Notes under the pieces: generated by a model | What the model was told of the DNA's origin: nothing | Databases searched by the model: none | Seen by the model: the letters and a program-made list of their open reading frames with translations, nothing else | Made by a program: the position numbers and the translations under genes | NCBI GenBank assembly: GCA_965228735.1 | Contig: OZ245838.1 | Coordinates: forward strand, 2,048,001-2,112,000 | Reading direction: 5' to 3' | Length of the DNA: 64,000 bases | Origin: Planctomycetota bacterium | Lineage (GTDB): Bacteria; Planctomycetota; UBA1135; UBA2386 | Shown here: positions 60,518 to 64,000 of the stretch, one piece after another | Position numbering within the stretch: the stretch's first letter is position 1 | Layout: every line of letters starts with the position of its first letter

Positions 60518-60769
60518 CTACCCAGCCTCCGCGAGCTCCTCGAGCCGCGTGATGTGCATGATCGAGCAGTACTGCAGCTCGTCCACGAATCCAGCCTGGG
60601 TCGCAGACGGCACGCCGATGACCATGCGGTCCGACATGAGCATCGCGAGTTCCGGGTGGCGCACGTCGAGGCAGCTGCCGTCCGACATGTGGATGCGGAA
60701 GGGTTTGAACGGCCGGCGCTGGGTCAGCGCGGCGACATCTTGTGCTCGTATCACACCTTTGGGTGGCAT
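60518..60769 (-). CDS. Small conserved-looking hypothetical protein (RPFxPFRIxMSDG...VRHPE)
   Basis: 83 aa; fills the gap between genes; has its own promoter-like sequence. Confidence 0.65.
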   Translation of the reverse strand: MPPKGVIRAQDVAALTQRRPFKPFRIHMSDGSCLDVRHPELAMLMSDRMVIGVPSATQAGFVDELQYCSIMHITRLEELAEAG

Positions 60770-60775
60770 GACCCC

Positions 60776-60813
60776 ATTGTCTTTCGGCCCGAGAGTCCGT
60801 CAATCGGCCGAAA
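60776..60813 (-). promoter_or_regulatory. Putative sigma70 promoter (TTGACG-N16-GACAAT) with an inverted repeat straddling the -35
   Basis: -35 at 60803-60798 and -10 at 60781-60776, 6 nt before ATG 60769. TTTCGGCC (60782-89) / GGCCGAAA (60806-13). Confidence 0.5.
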
Positions 60814-60835
60814 AAAACACCGACTCCCACCGGGC

Positions 60836-62104
60836 TCAGTCCGACCGCAAGGCGCGCACCGGATCCATGAGGGCCGCGCGGCGGGCCGGATACAGCCCGA
60901 ACAGCACGCCCGTCAGGCACGAGATCGCCATCGCCAGCGACACCGCCCAGGCCGTGATGACCGGCTGCCACGCGGTGAACTGCTCGATGAGGAACGCACC
61001 GCCGATGCCGAGCGCCACGCCGAGCGCGCCGCCGATCAGGGTGAGCGTGATCGTCTCGACGAGGAACTGGAACGTGATGTCCCACTGCGACGCACCGATC
61101 GCGCGGCGGATGCCGATCTCGCGCGTTCGCTCCGTCACGCTCGCGAGCATGATGTTGAGGATGCCGATGCCGCCGACGAGCAGCGAGATGCCGGCGATCA
61201 CGGGCAGGACGAGGTCGAACGTGCGTTGGGTCTGCGCGCGCTGCTGCAGCAGCTCGATCGGCACCGTCACCGTGTAGTCCTTGCGGTCGTGGAACGTCTC
61301 GAGGATCGCGTGGATCGCGCGCGCCATCGCCGGCACGTTCTGCTCCTCGTCGACGCGGCAGACGATCTGGTGCAGCTCCACGCGCGACGCCTCGCGCGAG
61401 CCCTCGTCGTTCTTGTAGTTGGTGAAGCCGAGACGGTCCGTGACGGTCTCGAACGGCACGTAGACCTCGAGCGCGCGGTCGTCGATGCCGAGGATCTCGC
61501 GGTCGGGGTTCTTCGTCGTGAAGTCCGGCAGCACGCCGACGACGCGGTAGAACTCGGATCCGATCTTGAGGTCGAGCTCGAGCGGATCCCCGAGGTACTT
61601 GGCCTCGTGGATCACGCGCGCCCGCACGACGCAGACCCGCGCGCGCGACCGCGCGTCGACCTCCGTGAGAACCCGGCCGTGGATCGGCGTCATGTTGAGG
61701 TTCTCGAAGTAGTCCGTGGTGACGCCGTGGATCTTGGCCTCGACGCGCCGACCGCGGAACCAGATCCAGTCCTCGACGTCGTGCACGGGCAGCGCGGCGA
61801 CGACGGGACGGAGCGTCGCCTGGATCTGCTTCAGATCCTCGAACGTGAGCCCGTACTCGAGCACGTAGCTGCCCTTGGCCTTCGTCGCATCCTCCTCGGC
61901 CGGCGGCTTCTGCGCGTTGATGATGATGTTCGTCGTGCCGAGCTCCTCGATCTGCGCGAGGATCTGGCGCCGCGCGCCCTCGCCGGCCGACACCATCGAG
62001 ACGACCGATGCGATGCCGAAGATGATCCCGAGCGCGGTCAGCAAGGACCGCAGCTTGTGGCGGCGCAGGTTGCGCAGGGCTTCGACGATCAGTTCACCGA
62101 ACAT
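60836..62104 (-). CDS. MacB/FtsX-family ABC transporter permease
   Basis: RSLLTALGIIFGIASV, SLLVGGIGILNIMLASVTERTREIGIRRAIGA and YPARRAA motifs. Confidence 0.92.
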   Translation of the reverse strand: MFGELIVEALRNLRRHKLRSLLTALGIIFGIASVVSMVSAGEGARRQILAQIEELGTTNIIINAQKPPAEEDATKAKGSYVLEYGLTFEDLKQIQATLRPVVAALPVHDVEDWIWFRGRRVEAKIHGVTTDYFENLNMTPIHGRVLTEVDARSRARVCVVRARVIHEAKYLGDPLELDLKIGSEFYRVVGVLPDFTTKNPDREILGIDDRALEVYVPFETVTDRLGFTNYKNDEGSREASRVELHQIVCRVDEEQNVPAMARAIHAILETFHDRKDYTVTVPIELLQQRAQTQRTFDLVLPVIAGISLLVGGIGILNIMLASVTERTREIGIRRAIGASQWDITFQFLVETITLTLIGGALGVALGIGGAFLIEQFTAWQPVITAWAVSLAMAISCLTGVLFGLYPARRAALMDPVRALRSD

Positions 62105-62832
62105 GCACCCTCCTCGGCCGCGCCGGCCGACGCCGCGCTCACCCCGTCACCGTCGACGGCGGCGACCTGGCCGTCGCGCAGCGTGATCCGCCGCTGTGCG
62201 ACCGCCGCGACGCCCGGGTCGTGCGTGATCATCACGATCGTGCGGCCGCCGTCGTGCAACTCGACGAACAGCTCCATGATCGCCTTGCTCGTGCGACTGT
62301 CGAGGTTGCCCGTCGGCTCGTCGGCGAGGATCAGCGCCGGGTCGTTCACGAGCGCGCGCGCGACCGCCGTGCGCTGACACTCACCGCCCGAGAGCATCGT
62401 TGGCAGGTGGTCGAAGCGGTGGCCGAGGCCGACCCGTTCGATGAGCTCGCGCGACCGCGCGCGGCGCGCCTTGCGCGGCACGCGGGCATACAGCAGCGGC
62501 AGCTCGACGTTCTCCTGCACGGTCAGATGCGACACGAGCTGGAAGGACTGGAACACGAAGCCGATGCGCGTCTTGCGCACGCGCGAGAGCGCGAAGTCGT
62601 CGAGCGTCGCGACGTCCTCGCCCACGAGGTGATACGACCCGCCCGTCGGCCGATCGAGACAACCCAGGATGTTCAGCAGGGTCGACTTGCCCGAACCCGA
62701 CTGCCCGACGATCGCGACGTAATCGCCGTCGCCCACCGTCAGGTCGACGCCACGCAACACGGGGACGGGGTTCTCGGTCGTGCCGTAGTCCTTCTCGATG
62801 CCATCGAGCTGCAGAACGGGCGTCGCGGTCAC
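62089..62832 (-). CDS. MacB/LolD-type ABC transporter ATP-binding protein
   Basis: GQSGSGKST, GFVFQSF, LSGGECQR, ILADEPTGNLD and ITHD motifs. Confidence 0.93.
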   Translation of the reverse strand: MTATPVLQLDGIEKDYGTTENPVPVLRGVDLTVGDGDYVAIVGQSGSGKSTLLNILGCLDRPTGGSYHLVGEDVATLDDFALSRVRKTRIGFVFQSFQLVSHLTVQENVELPLLYARVPRKARRARSRELIERVGLGHRFDHLPTMLSGGECQRTAVARALVNDPALILADEPTGNLDSRTSKAIMELFVELHDGGRTIVMITHDPGVAAVAQRRITLRDGQVAAVDGDGVSAASAGAAEEGACSVN

Positions 62833-64000
62833 GACTTCTGGTCCCCGGCCGCGACCTTGTCCTTCTCGGGGCCGGCCTCGCCCGTCTCGTCGTCCGCCTT
62901 CCCGTCCCCCGACCTGCCGCCCGTCTCCGGCAGCACCGGGTTGTAGAGCAGCACGTCATCGCCGGCTTCGAGTCCCGCCGTGATCTCGACGAAGTTGTCG
63001 TTCGACGGGCCGATCTCCACCTCGCGGCGCACCGGCCCCTGCTCGCCCATGATGTGACAGAACTGCGCGCCGTCCTCGGCGAACACGCTCTGCAGCGGCA
63101 CGTAGAGGCTGTCCTCGCGCGTCTCGATCTCGATCTCCGCCTTCGCGCTGATGCCGGGTCGCATCTGCTTGCCGATCTCGGCGCTCGCGATGGTGATCTC
63201 GACGTCGAACTTCTTGACGTCGCTGTTGCCGCCGTAGCGGCCCTGGTTGCCCGCGACGCTCGCGATCTTGCTCACCTTGCCCTCGAGCACGAGACCCGCG
63301 TAGGTGTCCATCGTGATGCGCGCCGTCTGGTCCGGCTTGACCTTGTCGATGTCGGCCTCGTGGACCTGCACCTTGACCTGCATGACGCGCAGGTCGGGGA
63401 TCGTCATCACCGTGTGGCCACCCCAGATCTCGCCGCCGATCTTGATGTCCTCGCGATACCACGGCTGGTGCGGGTCGCCGTACAGCACGATCCCGGGGCA
63501 CGGCGCCTTGAGCGTCATGTTCTCCAGGTCCTCCTTGCGCTCCGTGAGCTGCTTTCTCTGCGCCTGCAGCCGCTTCTCGCTCTGCGTGACGCTGACGCGC
63601 TTCTGCGCGAGCTCCGACTCCCCGCGCTTCTCCGCCGTCGTGAGCTCGCGCCGGCTGTCCTCGACCTTGACCCGCAGGTCGACGAGCTTCATCGGGTGCG
63701 TGTACTTCTCGAAGATCCGCATGTCGAGCTCGGCGCCTTCCTTCTGCACCGTCGCCCGCTCGAACTGGATCTGGTGGTCCTCGAGCTCGGACTTCTTGAT
63801 GAAGTTCTCGGCCAGCAGCTTCTTGCTGTCCGCGAGGTTCTTCTGCTTGCGGTTGAACTCGGTCTCGGCGTCCTTGATCGCCACCTGCAGCTTCTTGCGT
63901 TCCTGTGGCGCCTCGCCGTCGCGGTACTTCTCGAGCTCCTTCTCCGCGCGGTCGACGGCGGCCTTCGCCTTCGCGATCGCGGCGACCGTCTCGACCTCCT
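62829..64000 (-). CDS. MacA/HlyD-family periplasmic adaptor; 5' end outside window
   Basis: Frame open to the window edge; coiled coils, LKAPCPG, VHEADIDKV, MRPGIS and VPLQSV motifs. Confidence 0.88.
   Translation of the reverse strand, partial: EVETVAAIAKAKAAVDRAEKELEKYRDGEAPQERKKLQVAIKDAETEFNRKQKNLADSKKLLAENFIKKSELEDHQIQFERATVQKEGAELDMRIFEKYTHPMKLVDLRVKVEDSRRELTTAEKRGESELAQKRVSVTQSEKRLQAQRKQLTERKEDLENMTLKAPCPGIVLYGDPHQPWYREDIKIGGEIWGGHTVMTIPDLRVMQVKVQVHEADIDKVKPDQTARITMDTYAGLVLEGKVSKIASVAGNQGRYGGNSDVKKFDVEITIASAEIGKQMRPGISAKAEIEIETREDSLYVPLQSVFAEDGAQFCHIMGEQGPVRREVEIGPSNDNFVEITAGLEAGDDVLLYNPVLPETGGRSGDGKADDETGEAGPEKDKVAAGDQKS

Overview
This is a gene-dense, high-GC bacterial chromosome segment with about 45 real CDS, two of them truncated at the window edges. 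The gene mix (ribH-nusB-ftsY order, Hanks kinase with DLG, many secreted beta-propeller, HEAT and carboxypeptidase-regulatory-like proteins) suggests a Planctomycetota or similar lineage; this is inference only. Recognisable blocks are a PrkA-YeaH-SpoVR operon, two tandem glutaminyl-cyclase-like M28 lipoproteins, a hybrid histidine kinase, a vanadium haloperoxidase, ribH-nusB-ftsY-O-antigen ligase, a peptidoglycan/amino-sugar salvage cluster (GH3-AmiE fusion, nagB, NagX-like, murQ, SSS transporter, two NamZ), recQ, a D2-only Clp ATPase, a CNNM/CBS protein, an HD-GYP protein with a Gly-rich partner, uvrC and a MacAB-like exporter. I found no rRNA, tRNA, CRISPR array or mobile element. The strongest signals are spread across the window. 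(1) Three unrelated secreted proteins end in the same ~120-140 aa C-terminal domain (...Q....(S/T)N(A/G)L-end), a candidate sorting or anchoring tail. (2) All nine proteins with a clear signal-peptidase-I signal have Gln at +1, in a window that also encodes two glutaminyl-cyclase-like lipoproteins, which resembles the Bacteroidetes Q-rule. (3) There is a degenerate alphaCTD-sigma4-winged-helix protein and a single-domain ClpC-type ATPase with an unrecognised N-domain. (4) Several genes appear to have leaderless promoters. All family assignments come from reading motifs by eye; no database searches were run.
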